The notes below the pieces were generated by a model. The model was not told where the DNA came from and did not search any database. It saw only the letters and a list, made by a program, of their open reading frames with translations. Below, piece by piece: positions 41,967 through 55,595 of a stretch of DNA of 64,000 nt. The position numbers were made by a program, and so were the translations under genes. The stretch comes from Eledone cirrhosa. Lineage: Eukaryota. Location of the stretch: NCBI GenBank assembly GCA_964016885.1, contig OZ024742.1, positions 337,652,001-337,716,000 of the forward strand, in the 5' to 3' direction. Within the stretch, counting starts at the first letter, position 1. The number at the start of each line of letters is the position of its first letter.

Positions 41967-42639
41967 TGAAATATCAGCCTGCTTTTCAACTCACCATTAA
42001 CTCAACAGATATAATTCTAATAATAGATAAATCATTAAAACCGTCACAATGACCACAATAACCACCAGTACCATCGCAACAACAACCACTACCACAACAA
42101 CCAGTACCATCACAACCACCACAACTAAACAACTGGAATGGAATGAACCTGTCAGTTTTGTCGATGAGTATTCCAGTTTTTTAATCAACAGAGGAGACTT
42201 CTCTTGAAATTAATGTGTAAGTGGCCAAGCATTCCATAGATATGTGTACCATTAAGGTAATTCAACATGACAGTGTGTGTGTGACAAGATTAGCCCTTTC
42301 AATAACAGGTTCAGTTCATCCAATAGGCTTACACTTTCCAATCATCTAATTTCACTTACAAAGCTTGGGTCAACCAGAGACTATATTAAATGACAATAGC
42401 CCAAAATGTCACGCAGGACCTTGTGTGAAGCGAACTTCTTAACCATTTAGCCATGTTACAACAACAACAACCAGTAAACATTTAAGAACATTGTTTTATT
42501 TCATTTAACCATTTAAAAGATATTTTTTTTATTTTCTTTTAAGTTTTAATATTTAAACTCTAAACAGTTTAATATGAAAAAGAAACTAGGAAAAAAATGT
42601 AAAATTGCAATGACAGATTAAGTAAAGAAATAATAGTAA

Positions 42640-43147
42640 TAATTTAGGCACAAGGCCAGCAATTTATGGGAAGGGAAAAGTCTATTACATCAACCCCAGT
42701 ACTTGACTGGTACTTTATTTCATCAAGCCCAGGAAGGATGAAAGGCAAAGTTGACCTTGGTGAGATTTGAAAACAGAACGTAAAGAGCTGGAACTAAATA
42801 CTGCAAAGTAATTTGTTCAGCACTTTAATGCCTCTGCCAAATTTACCACCACCGTTAAACACAAACCTTGGTTTACAAAACCAATGCTCTAACCTCTGAG
42901 CCATGAAGAACTGGATTTATAATAAATAATGGTTTCTGATTTAGGCACAAGGCCAACAATTTTGAGAGAGGGGAAAGTCAATTAAATTGACCCCAGTGTA
43001 TTACTGTACTTTATTTTATCGACCCCATAAGGATGAAAGGCAAAGCTGACCGTGGCGGGATTTGAACTCAGAGCGTAGAAATTTGTAAATAAATACCACA
43101 AAGCATTTTGTTTAACACCCTACCAATACTGCCAAATCTACCGCCCT
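42640..43147 (-). mobile_element. Two tRNA-derived SINEs
   Basis: Reverse complement of the 31612-31980 family (about 42640-42850 and 42930-43147). Confidence 0.75.
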
Positions 43148-43503
43148 AATAATAATAATAATAATAATAATAGAAATTGTAACAATAATAAATTTTTAAA
43201 AAGACTTCTGAGAAAGGAAATTATTGAGTGCAGACATCATTTGAAGAATTGGTGAAAGACAAGAGACTTGAATTCAATCTTCTGAAGTGAGTCTGAAAGA
43301 TATGGTCCCTTTCTTCTTCATCTGTAATCTTAAAAAAAAAACCCTTGTGCTATTCTCCACTTTGGACATGCCTAAGTTGATCAACTGACAAGGTCACTTG
43401 TGTCTGCTCTCCGCCACATTAGAGAAGCACAGACACACACACAACTAGCCACTCACCCATCCACCCACTAAACAGTCAAGTTGTGTGGCTTGTAATAATC
43501 TGT

Positions 43504-43688
43504 TTAAGCCTCATCCTGTTGTGGTTCATCATCAGACTCTTTGCTGTCCTTAGACTCTTCTGTCTTCTCTTCCTCCTCCTTTTCCACACCATCACCAAAC
43601 TGTTCTTTGTCAATGCTATCTGATGTGTGGTGATCCTCAGTCATTCCACATAAGTCAGTTAACCCGACACTGTTCTCAGTGATGCAAT
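43504..43688 (-). CDS. Terminal coding exon of an unidentified gene (acidic C-terminus)
   Basis: Acceptor TGTTCTCTTTACAG; (D)CITENSVGLTDLCGMTED...ESDDEPQQDEA*. Phase 1 matches the 44784-44837 exon. Confidence 0.7.
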
Positions 43689-43874
43689 CTGTAAAGAGAA
43701 CAAAACAATGAAAGTATATTATTCTTTTACCGGTTTCAGTTATAAGATAGTGATCATGCTGGAGCACCCTCCTTGAGATTTAGTAAATGATAATATAAAC
43801 CTCAGTACTCATATTTTTGTATTTATTTTATCAATCTCATATATATCTATATGTACGTGAGTATGTGTATATAA

Positions 43875-43914
<40 letters not shown>

Positions 43915-44783
43915 GAGAGTCCCGGGTTCAATCGGGGGTAACCACAGTAAGTAAGGTACTCAATACATTAGCAAAGTACATACAAAGTTTAATATAGAAA
44001 TGGCTTCTACAAGACTAGAACTGTTTAATTAAAAGGAAATCATATGCACAGACACACACACACAACAGGCTTTTTTACAAAGCATTTGTTTACCCATGGT
44101 TCATGCAGTGGGCCTGGGACACTTGTCCAAGGTGCCAGCTGCCAGCCATGCAGTGGAACTGAACCTGAAACTACAGTGCACTGAAGCAAACACCTCAATC
44201 ACAGCCATGTCTGCACCTATACATGTACTGGGTAGTTTTTATCATAGCACCAAAACGACCACTTTACAGTGTGGACTGGGTGCTTTTTGTCAGAACACCA
44301 GGACACCAACACTTTACAATGTGGGGTGGGCACTTTTTAGCATACCTCCAACACGATCACTTTACAGTGTAAACTGGATGCTATTTGTCGTAGCATCAAA
44401 ACAACCAAAACTTTTAACCATAATTTTATATATAAGAGCCTTTTTTATACCCCAAACACCAACCTAATAACAAGAAACCAAGTTATTTTACTAAATGCCT
44501 CCAAATTTTTTATTATTTTCAAAATTATTTGAAAATCAGAAGCAGTGTTTCATCAGAAATATGGTAGCACCAGGTTCAAACATCATAGAAGTTAAATTAG
44601 CTTATTTTCTTAATAAAACTTCTTAATACTAAATTAAGACAGGTGTCATGTGACATAGTATTAAGCTTTAAGGCTGAAGCAATGATCCAGTATGGCCTGA
44701 ACCACAGTAGTGCCATAGAACTAATTCGTTTTGAGATGGAACATAAAGACATCAACCACACACACATTGAAAGTGTAACTTAC

Positions 44784-44837
44784 CTTTAATTTCAGAAAGA
44801 GACATGGAGTCAGCTTCCTCTGGGTTGTCATCAGAAT
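44784..44837 (-). CDS. Penultimate exon of the same unidentified gene
   Basis: TTTCTGTAG|...AAAG|GTAAGT, 54 nt, (D)SDDNPEEADSMSLSEIK(D). Confidence 0.7.
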
Positions 44838-46393
44838 CTACAGAAATTAGGAAAAGTAAAAGACCACATTAACACAGGTGAATAACTTGTGTGTGTATCT
44901 GTATGAACATATGTACACACATGTGCATGTGGTAGTATCATTCACAATTAGTATATATGTACACACATATGTCCATATGCAAGCAGGGAAAAGCGGACGT
45001 AAAATGATGATGATGATGATGATGATGATATATGTCCATGGATAAACACATTTCCATATCTTCACACATCCATGTGTACACAAGATCAAATGCACATACA
45101 AATCTCTAACTGTACACACAAACATGCCCATCTGTACACACATGTTCACTTGTACACGCCCATGTCCACACACACACTTACACACACACACACACAATAT
45201 ATATGTCCATATGTTTATCTGATTAACAATGTGTGTGTGAAATTACTGATGTGTAAAAAGCATTGCAGAAACTAATTTATATTAATTACAGTAAAGTCTT
45301 TTTTATTTGTCTTTTTACATTTTTTAAAACCCTTTTGATACCAAATGTTTCCAATACCATCATAAAAATGAAACAATAATTTTTGTAAATCCCTATAAAT
45401 TTGTCATTAACACTGCCTGTTATTTAAAGCTTTCATATTTATCGAATGCTTTACAGATCACAGTTCCGATACTATGAGCATGTGGTTAGAATGTCTCAGG
45501 AAAGAATTGCTGGATAGATTTTGAGAAAAACCAACTGGCAAGAGACCCTGAGGTAGACCCCAAGCAAAATGGTTAGTCTCGCTTGGGCATCCTGCAGGAT
45601 CAGTTGGAGACAGTTGCTTCTGACAGGACCCGCTGAAAGGATTTTTTGAGGACCCTGCCCCTACAACCCTCTCAGGAATAAGTGGGCGAAGAAATTTATC
45701 TAAAAACCTATTGTAATTTTTTTGTAAGAACCTTTCTTAGGTTATGTTTCATTACTAAACCCTCCAAATTCTTGATTATGTTCAAAATGATTTGAAAACC
45801 ATGAGCAATTTTCTTCATTAAAAACATTGTAACAAAAGGGCTAAAAAAAAAAGCATAGCCATAAATTTAAGGGGAAGAAAATTGAGGCTGTGTAAAGTTT
45901 GTCATACTTATGAAGAAAAGTGATGAATTGTGTTGAAATAGTTTAGTCAACAACAAAAGCTAATTTCTAGATTTAGTTTATAGAACTTGTCTCTAAAGAG
46001 AAAACTGAACACCAAGCCAGCAAATGGTTTGTAATTTCCAGTGTTGTTGGTGTATACAGCAATGCGCTATGCCAGCTACACAGACTAATTATAGCTCAAA
46101 TCACTTGGTCAATGAAAAGTTTAGAATTTATCTCTAGAAAGTTAAGTTTCTAACTTATCTTAACCCTTTCGTTACCATATTTCTAATGAAAGACACTGCT
46201 TATAATTTTTATAAATCATTTTGAAAATGTTTTCTTTCTCATTATTAAGCTGGTATTTGGAATATAAATTAACAAAGGGTTTTACAAAAAATTATGATGG
46301 AATGTTTTTAGATAAATATTTACATTTTAAAATAAACCATTATGTATGTATGGTAGAACCAAAAGGGTTAATAAAATATGTCATGGACCTTAA

Positions 46394-46622
46394 CCCTTTA
46401 ACATTAAAGTCAGCTGTATCCGACCAAAATTCTCTCACCTCTTTCTGTTCAAACCAGCCATAACCGGCTGCTCAAACCAGCCATAACCAGCTGCTCAAAC
46501 TTATGTTAAGATATTGTTCTCAAAATAAATAATACCAAAATCTTGTAGATTTGATATTATGTGAGAAAGTGTTTACCATGAAAATACAATAGTAAATATA
46601 GAATAATGTAAATGCTAAAGGG
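46394..46622. mobile_element. piggyBac-like MITE
   Basis: TTAA-CCCTTTA...TAAATGCTAAAGGG-TTAA; same family as 37083 in the opposite orientation. Confidence 0.7.
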
Positions 46623-47074
46623 TTAATTGACAGAGACAGAAAAAAGAAGAAGGAGCACAAAGCAAAACCATCAAACTGAGATCAGCTGGTTACCTAATCT
46701 AGTTCTATTGCCTCTCACTTTCATTTTTCATCATTATCATCATGTCCGTTTTTACAAGTTTCCATGCTGGCATGGGTTTGACAGAGTTTGAGACAGAATT
46801 TTACAGCCCAATGCCCTTCCAGACATTAAATCTCCACTTTTTTTCTCCTCTTTGAAACACGTCTGCTAAGCCACAGAACTAAAATAAACATGAAAACAAA
46901 CACAAAGTGAAGAGGCAAACGAACACACACACACAATATATATATATATATGTACAGGGTGAGTTTTATTGTAGCACAATAAAGCAATGCAAATATCATA
47001 TAAGTAGCACTCAACAGTTTATAGGACTGGAGTATAAATAATAAAGATCAAAAGATGGTTAAAAGAGTTCCATG

Positions 47075-47145
47075 TATTTTATTATGCGCATTTCAAAAAC
47101 AAATATCATCATGGGATGATACTTGCGTTCTCCTCAGATAAAATA
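47075..47145 (-). ncRNA. Type I hammerhead ribozyme
   Basis: Minus strand reads TATTTTAT-CTGAGGA-GAACGCAAGTATCATC ccat GATGATATTTGTTTTT-GAAA-TGCGCA-TA-ATAAAATA. Perfect 8-bp stem I. Confidence 0.85.
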
Positions 47146-47697
47146 GGGAGACATGATATGAAGTTTAAAAAACACTTGCGAGCAGTGAAGTGTTAAATCT
47201 ACATATGAAAAATAAAATAAGATGAATATATGAGATTGGGAAAAAAAAGAAGGAAGGGGGAAGGAAAAGGTAAGGAAGAAAGAAAATAAAGGATGACGGG
47301 GTAGGAGTATAAGAAGGAAGGATGAGAGAGGAGGAGAAATGAGTGGGAGAGAGAGATAGACTTCAATACTGAGAAACACTGGCTCACAGAGAGAAATAAA
47401 AAAAAACCGTTGTAAGATAATACATAATTTTAAAAAAATAATAAAAATTTTGAAATTAAAAGTTAATGAGGTTTATGAATGGTGATGTTTATGATTAAAG
47501 AAAAAGGAATTAAGAATAGTATTTATTTAAGGTTTATATATTGAAGGGTTTAATATGTGCGAAAAGGAATTTATTAATATGTATTATTAAAATAAAAATA
47601 TTAAGGATATGAGGTGAATGAAGAAGAGATTAAATGAATTATGAACTTAGAGGAATTAGTTAGGGTCTAAGTTTTTCTATGTATTGTAATATGAAAA

Positions 47698-48218
47698 CTT
47701 TGGCACCTATCGTAAATAACTTCTCCAATCCAATTCCTTCTATAAATAATACTAGGTCACTTGTTAATAACTCTGGTAATTTCTCTAATCGTAATCGCCC
47801 TGTTAGAACTAATTGTCCTCTTAATAACCAATGTCTTGATAAAAATTTAGTGTATGAATGTAAGGTTATAACTGGTAATAATTCTTTTACCTATTTTGGT
47901 TCCACTTCCACTTCCTTTAAAGCAAGAATTTATAATCACAATTCGTCTTTTAAATACCAACTTAAAAGAACTAACACGGCACTCTCAGAACTTATATGGT
48001 CCTTAAAAGACAAAAATATTAACTACAGCATTTCTTGGAGGAAGGTTTGCAACGCCTCTCCTTACCGTAATTCTTCCCTATCCAGAACATGTAATCTCTG
48101 CCTAGCCGAGAAATTTACCATTATCTTTAATTTTAATTCTATAATAAATAGACGTACGGATTTATTTTCGCTCTGCTTGCATAAATCCCATAGAACTTTC
48201 CATAAAGTATACAGCTAA
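47698..48218 (+). pseudogene. C-terminal GIY-YIG endonuclease of a Penelope-like element (open frame, 5'-truncated)
   Basis: CPLNNQCL..LVYECKV..YFGSTSTSFKARIYNH..SF..T.LS..IW.LK..CNLCLAEK..NRR..CLH. The ATG at 47679 in the ORF track is supplied by the inverted arm. Confidence 0.88.
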
Positions 48219-49183
48219 TATCTCACTACCTAATTAGCTTAAAATCTTCTTTTCTCAAAGGCTTTTATCTTTTACAAATATACCCATCTTTCTACCTTAT
48301 TTCAGTATATTATATTATACAATTTACTCATTCTATGTCGTTAGCGGTCCCCTATTTTTCTTCTTTTTTTATCCTTTTTTCCTTTCTTCTTTTTTAATTT
48401 CTAATCTTTAATCTGTAACTTTTACTTCTCAATTACTTCTTAATTCATATTATTACTCACTATAGCATTTTCCTTATATTCTTGGCCATACAAACTATAT
48501 TTTTAATATATACTAATATTACCATTAGTAAATTTTGTAAACATGTATTTTTTTTTTTTGATGTTATATATTTTTTCTACCTTAAATTTTATTCTTTCTT
48601 CTCTCCTTCCGTGCTCGTATTAAACCTATTATTTACTTTTTCATATTACAATACATAGAGGAATTAGTTAGGGTCTAAGTTTGTTTCTAAGTTCATAATT
48701 CATTTAATCTCTTCTTCATTCACCTTATATCCTTAATATTTTTATTTTAATAATACATATTAATAAATTCCTTTTCGTACATATTAAACCCTTCAATATA
48801 TAAACCTTAAATAAATACTATTCTTAATTCCTTTTTCTTTAATCATAAACATCACCATTCATAAACCTCATTAACTTTTAATTTTTAAATTTTTTTTATT
48901 TTTTTTAAATTATGTATTATCTTACGTTTTTTTTTTTATTTCTCTCTGTGAGACAGTGTTTCTCAGTATTGAAGTCTATCTCTCTCTCTCTCCCCCACTC
49001 ATTTCTACTCCTCTCTCATCCTTCCTTCTTATACTCCTCCCCCGTCATCCTTTATTTTCTTTCTTCCTTACCTTTTCCTTCTTTTTTTCCCAATCTCATA
49101 TATCCATCTTATTTTATTTTTCATATGTAGATTTAACACTTCACTGCTCATAAGTGTTTTTTAAACTTCATATCATGTCTCCC

Positions 49184-49254
49184 TGTTTTATCTGATGAGA
49201 ACGCAAGTATCATCCCATGATGATATTTGTTTTTGAAATGCGCATAATAAAATA
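49184..49254 (+). ncRNA. Type I hammerhead ribozyme
   Basis: CTGATGA 49192-49198, 15/16-paired stem II, GAAA 49235-49238, palindromic stem III. Predicted cleavage after A49246. Confidence 0.85.
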
Positions 49255-49508
49255 CATGGAACTCTTTTAACCATCTTTTGATCTTATATTATATATGTAT
49301 ATAACTTTGATAAGTTTTGGCCAGTATTGACCCAGGTCATGTCTAACTTAATAGCACCACCTGGTGCTATTTGAAATATATATTTCAAATAAGGAACATA
49401 TGAGAAAGACATGCTTATCTGGCTAGTTTAGTCTTGTATTGTGACAATGCATCCTACACGTGACAATGTATCCTACACATGCCAGCACGAAAAGTGGACA
49501 TATTATGT

Positions 49509-49539
<31 letters not shown>

Positions 49540-52039
49540 CATCATCATTTTTACGTCCGCTTTTCCCTGCTTGCAAGGGTGGGACCGGAACTGGTTCTGG
49601 CTTGATTTTCTACAGCTGGATGCCCTTCCTAACGCCAACTTCATTTACAGTGAGTGCTGGGTGCTTTTTTGCCGTGGCACCTCCACGACTACTTAGCAGT
49701 GGAATTATAGGGACTGGGGTTCCTATCATCTCATTTCTACTGCTGAGTAAACTCGAGCAATGTGAAATAAAGTGTCTTGCTCAAGGAAACAACACATCAC
49801 CCAGTCTGAGAATTGAACTCACAATCTTTCGATTGCAAGGCCAATGCTCTAATCACTAAGCCATGTGCCTCCAAAAAGGGCTCTAAAATATACTAGCACA
49901 AGACCTGCCCTGTCTTCCTTAGCTAGATGCACAATTCTTATATCTATACTGATATCATTATCTTTAACCTACTACTGTAAGAAATCAAGGCACAGAGTCT
50001 AGTGGTCAGAATGTTGGGCTTACAATCAAAGTGTTGCAGTTTCAGTTTCTGGACACTGTTCTTGAGCAAAACACTTCATTTCACATTGCTCTAGTACACC
50101 CAGCTAAAAAGGAATACCAGTAGCAACAGCTGGGTATTAACCCTGTGATGGACTGGTGTCATGTCCAGGGGGAAAGTCTTCTACTCTCATTCAATGCCAA
50201 TGAAACCAGGATAAGCTCTAGCTGATGAGCCTCTGGTTGGGATAGACTAACTTTTTTAACCAGTGAAATGTTCTGCGCTCTTCCCTCACCATGGATACAA
50301 TTTTTTAAAGGAAATTCTACAAATCCAATAAAATATTAATATCACACACACACACACACACACACATGATAACACGTAAACCCAAAGAAAAAAAAGCCAA
50401 ATGTATTGATCCAGAGACAGAGTAAATGAGAAGCAAGTGAGGAAAATCAATAAAGCTGTGAAAATGGAGGAAATAAAAATGTTGAAACAATAGCTGGTAA
50501 CCTGAAGACTGACTAGGATATAGCAATATCATTGTTTTGTTTCCACATTGACATGGGTTGGATGGGAACTTTTGAGGCAATGTTTTGCAGCTGGATGCCT
50601 TTACTAACACCAACCCCTTTTAGTTGCCTGTTGTGACATGCAGGGACATGGGTATCTATTCTATAAATCAAGATACACACAGCCAAGAAATATTTTATTT
50701 TACTTCATTATATTTGTTTGTCATTCAATATTACAAAGACAATGGTGTCCTTGCAACATCTGATAATGAAATGAAAGGCTGTGGGTGGAGGTTTATCTCA
50801 ACTACCAAGTCATAATTTTCTCAGGAAGATCAAACTCACACAAGCAGATAGCATCTCTTTAGTACTTATATATAAACAAACACAAAGAGTTACAGAATTC
50901 AAATAAAAACCCATCTGAATATTTTTAAAATTCTTTTACCAGCTTCAGTCATTAAACTATTATCATGCTGGAGTACAGCCATAAAGGAATTTAATATATT
51001 TTGATTACAATATTTGTTTTCCAGGTCTGGTACTTATTTTATCGATCTCTAATAAAATATTTCCAGTACACAAAGTGGTTGGAAGAAAGGGTATCCAGCA
51101 GTAGAAACCAAGATGGGGTCACCTGACCAGCCTAGCTTATGTGTATGAGTCTATTAAACCCATGAAAGCATGGAAAATAGACATTAAATGATGATATATA
51201 TTATACATATGGTGGCTGCCAACTCGTTTTCGAGTACGGCCACTACTTTATATCCATGTAGGAGAACTCCTACCGATGCGCTGAACGAGTGTGACTTTTT
51301 AGTCCAGCCAGTGACTTGAAAACTCTGGTACAAACACTACACTTGTGACAATTATTGACACATAGTGCTGGGCTCATGGTACCATGTGACGACAAGTGCA
51401 GAGAGATCTCCAGATATAAAGCAATACCTGTGCCGTGAAGCTTTTATAGTGAGCAAAGGCACTGCACAAAGCCAGTCCCACTCTCTTAACCAAGATGATA
51501 TTTACCAAAAAGAAGAGCAAGTCAACATCATTGGATACCATCAGAGTTGCAGGTGTTATATCAGAGTTTTCCTTCTCCTAGAATTCTGCCTTGACAAAGG
51601 CTAAGGGGTCATCTCTCCCATTATACATATATAAACACACATACACACACATATATATATATTCATTCATTCATTTCATTTTACGTCCGCTTTTTCCCTG
51701 CTTGCTAGGGTGGGACGGGAACTGATTTTGGCTTGATTTCTACAGCTGGATGCCCTTCCGAACACCAACCTCATTTACAGTGAGTGCTGGGTGCTTTTTT
51801 GCCGTGGCACCTCCATGACCACTTTGCAGTGGAATGATATGGACACTAGGTCCCTATCATCTCATTTCTACAGCTGAGTAAACTGGAGCAATGTGAAATA
51901 AAGTGTCTTGCTCAAGGAAACAACACATCACCCGGTCTGAGAATTGAACTCACAACCTTTCGATTGCAAGGCCAATGCTCTAACCACTAAGCCATGTGCC
52001 TCCATTAAGGTGTATATATATATATATATCATATATATA

Positions 52040-54280
52040 TCATCATCATCATCATCGTTTAACGTCCTTCCACGCTTGCATGGGTTTGGACGGGAGTTTT
52101 CCCACTTGAGGCAAGATTTGTTGTCCTGCTCGTATAGGACTGTCTGGCGGGTTTTCTACGGCTGGATGCCCTTCCTAACCCCAACCACGTTTACAGTGTG
52201 GACTGGGAGGTTTTTACCCTGTTACCTACACGGTCACATTACAGCGTGGACTGTGTTTTTTTGTCGTGACACCAACACAACCTCATTTGTTTCGGACTGG
52301 ATGTTGTGGTACCAACATAACTTCACATTTAAGGGGGTGGTGTGGTGTGGATGGGGTGTGGGTAGTGGGACGAGGGTGTATTTTGTTAGAGGTGCCTACT
52401 GACTAGGTTTCGCTTTGTACTTAGGCAAGGCGGTTCTTTCGTATGACTGTGTAGCGCCAAAGATCTCGGTCCAGTGACATTATCTTGGAGAGGTGCAAGT
52501 GTGTGAGGTCGGAATTTATCAAGTCGTCCCAGGTTTTTCTGGGTCTGCCTACTCTGTGGCTACCGTCTATTTTTATCGCCCTGCACTTTTTTTATACAGC
52601 TGTCGTCTTTCATGCGCATCACGTGACTGTACCAACGTAGTCTTCTCTCGAGTAAACAACATCTGATCCCTCTTATTCCTAATTTCTCCCTTAGTTCGTT
52701 TATGCTTTTCCGGACACGTATATTACTATTACACATCCAGCGGAGCATGCAAGCTTCGTTTCTCTCTAGTCTGCGTATATCATCTGCACACAATGCCCAG
52801 GTCTCACTGCCATGTAACATTGCTGTTCGTATGCAGGCATCATACAGTCTGCTTTTCATTTTTAGAGAGAACCCTTTAGCGGCCATCCCGTTCTGACTCT
52901 AGCTACTGTACTTTCAGAGCACCCACCCCCACTGCTGATTTTGTCACCCAGGTAACGGAAGGTGTCCACTATTTCTATAGACCCATCTGTGCAATGGAAT
53001 GAGCTAGTATTCTGTGGGCACTTGCTGCTACTTATTGCACCAGAGCACCGGCCACATATAAAATCTATATTCTTAGTTAGCTTACCCAAGATCACACTAC
53101 ATCTTTTATGCACGCATACTTGGCATTTGGGACATAAAAATGGAGTTTCTGCCTACTCCTTTCCTACACACTGAGCATGGCCATTTCCCAGATGGGACCG
53201 GTGCCCTATTTTCCTTCCTACAAACTAGAACTTTAGTCTTAGACAAGTTAACTTTAAGGCCTTTTGATACTAGGCCATGCTTCCATGTTTGGAATTTCTT
53301 CTCTAGTTTGGCCATTGATTCAGCTATGAGCGTTAGATCATCTGCATATAGGAGTTCCCATGGGTAGCCGGTCTTGAACTCCTCTGTTATAGCCTGAAGG
53401 GCAATAATAAATAGTAGGGGGTTAAGAACGGAGCCCTGATGGACACCAACTTTTACGCTAAACTCTTCACTATATTCGCTGTTAATTCTAACCTTGCTCA
53501 TTGTTTCTTTATACATGGCTTGTATAGCTCTCACAAGCCATTCATCAACACCTAGTTTTCTAAGGGCCCACCAGATAATGGAGCGGGGGACTCTGTCAAA
53601 GGCTTTCTCCAAGTCGACAAAAGCTAAGTATAGGGGTTTTCTTTTAGCTAGGTACTTCTGTAGTTGTCGTACAATGAAAAGAACGTCTGTGGTACTTTTA
53701 CCTGACACAAACCCGAACTGCATTTCATCTAGATCAATTCGTTCTCTGATTGGTTGTACTATTACTTTTTCTGTGACCTTCATGACCTGGTCGATTAATT
53801 TAATGCCTCTATAGTTACCCCTATCAAGAGCATCTCCTTTACCCTTGTAGCAGTTAATGATGATGCTGCTACGCCAGTCCTTCCGAACGGCCCCATTCTG
53901 TATGACTTGGTTTACTATCTGGGTGACCATAGTGTGTCCCACCGTTCCAGATGCTTTCAGCATTTCAGCAACTATTTCCGAAGGCCCGGCCGCCTTACCC
54001 GTCTTCATATCTTTGATTGCCTTACTTATTATAATACTACCTTCAACTAGCACTGCTGGTCCCTCTATTGGATCGATGTGGGGGAGACTGTCTTTCTCCC
54101 ATTTAGTAGCTTTTCGTAGTGACACTTCCAAGCTACCTTCTTATCAGCGTCAGTGATGGCAAGTGCACCATCATCATTAAGGACACACTTCTCCCCGACA
54201 ATATCACGATTTTCCTTGACACATTTCCTAGCAATCCTGAACACCTCACGTTTTTGGTCCTCGCGTTGTAGAACATGCTT
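52040..54280 (-). mobile_element. 5'-truncated RTE LINE (RT region, frameshifted)
   Basis: ORFs 53106-54131, 52862-53113 and 52560-52886 closely match the 999-aa ORF. (TGA)n tail, TA flanks. Confidence 0.93.
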
Positions 54281-55405
54281 ATATATATATCTATCATCAT
54301 CATCATCATCGTTTAACGTCCATTTTCCACGCTAGCATGGGTCTGGATATATATATATACTTATGCCAAAAACTCAATTTATTCAATGAGATGTCTAAAT
54401 ATTAGAGACAAATAACTTTTTAATATATATATAATCCATAACATAACTTTGTTAAATCTCAGTGAAGGAATTAAATATAACTTATTCCATACATAACAAA
54501 AATGGGTTATAAAACCTACTCATATATTTATATAATTATACATACATACACATCCAGGACATAATTCTTTGCACTGATATATGCATAGGACAGGTTTCTG
54601 CAGTTTCTGTCTATCAAATTTCATTTACTTGGTATGAGTCAACCCAAAGTGCCACACACTAAGATTGAAACATGACATGTAGTGGCATAGTGAACTATTT
54701 AGCCACATGGTGATGCTTACACCTTTCCCCCAAAGTTTCTTCCTCAAAATTACCCAGTGTAACCATTATCATCATCATTTTATGTCCATTTTCCCATATT
54801 GTCATGCATTGGAAAGCCGTGTTTTGCTCATATGTTCCATTTTTTATATGATTTCTACAGCTGAATGCTCTTCCAATTGCTAACCATTTTACAGAGTACA
54901 TGGTGCATCTTAACAGGGGCAAAGTATAAACTAAATAGGCAAGTAAAAGTAACAAAAAGCCATTTATGCCAGAGAAAATTTTGTCAGTTATATATTCAAA
55001 TCTGTTCTGTTCTAGATTTAGGAAAGTAACTCCAACCTTCTCGATAGACAACCACCCTCCCATACATGACATACAATGAAGAAATACTACTTTATGTTGA
55101 CCCACCATTAACATACATATTGGTTACAAATTTTTAACAGTTCACACAATAAGTTAACTGCACCTTCACCTACATTTTAGAAACACATTACTTTAATATT
55201 ATTCAAATATTCAACCAGAGATCACACATTCTATGTAAGGCTACCCTGCACCACCACACCACCCCACTCCTATCACTATCTTCCTAACCTGGTCAAGGAC
55301 ACTCAAGTCTACTTCTCTCTCATCCCTCCCGCAGCAAACAACACCTAGCTTACCTCCCACTCCTTCCCATCATTGAAGACAATACAGCAAGTGCCCTAGT
55401 TTTGA

Positions 55406-55595
55406 AAAGTGGTAGTGCTGGTGTCACAATAAAATTCACTTAGCCCACACTATCAAGTAGCAGTGTTGGTGCCACAATAAAATACACCCTGTACACTCTG
55501 TAAAGTAGAGGAACTGGTGCCACAATAAAATACACCCTGTACACGCTGTAAAGTGGTAGCACTGGTGCCACAATAAAATACACTCAGCTTACTCT
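55406..55595. repeat. ~47-bp tandem repeat, 4 copies
   Basis: Unit AAAGTGGTAGYRCTGGTGCCACAATAAAATACACCCTGTACACTCTGT; resembles RTE 3'UTR repeat units. Confidence 0.75.

Larger units (their letters stand above)
46952..49291 (+). mobile_element. 5'-truncated Penelope-like element with GIY-YIG remnant and inverted pLTR
   Basis: About 47037-47697 mirrors about 48638-49291. Central ORF remnant. Same 85-90 nt one-sided tail as the 6155 copy. TA flanks. Confidence 0.9.

Noticed and set aside
47679-47697. ATG start making a standalone GIY-YIG nuclease gene
   Set aside because: The ATG derives from the inverted pLTR arm at the truncation junction; there is no evidence of independent expression.
50200-50240. 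GAAA...CTGATGAG looked like a permuted hammerhead
   Set aside because: No stem I or stem III can form; it is the 3' part of a SINE (about 49985-50245).
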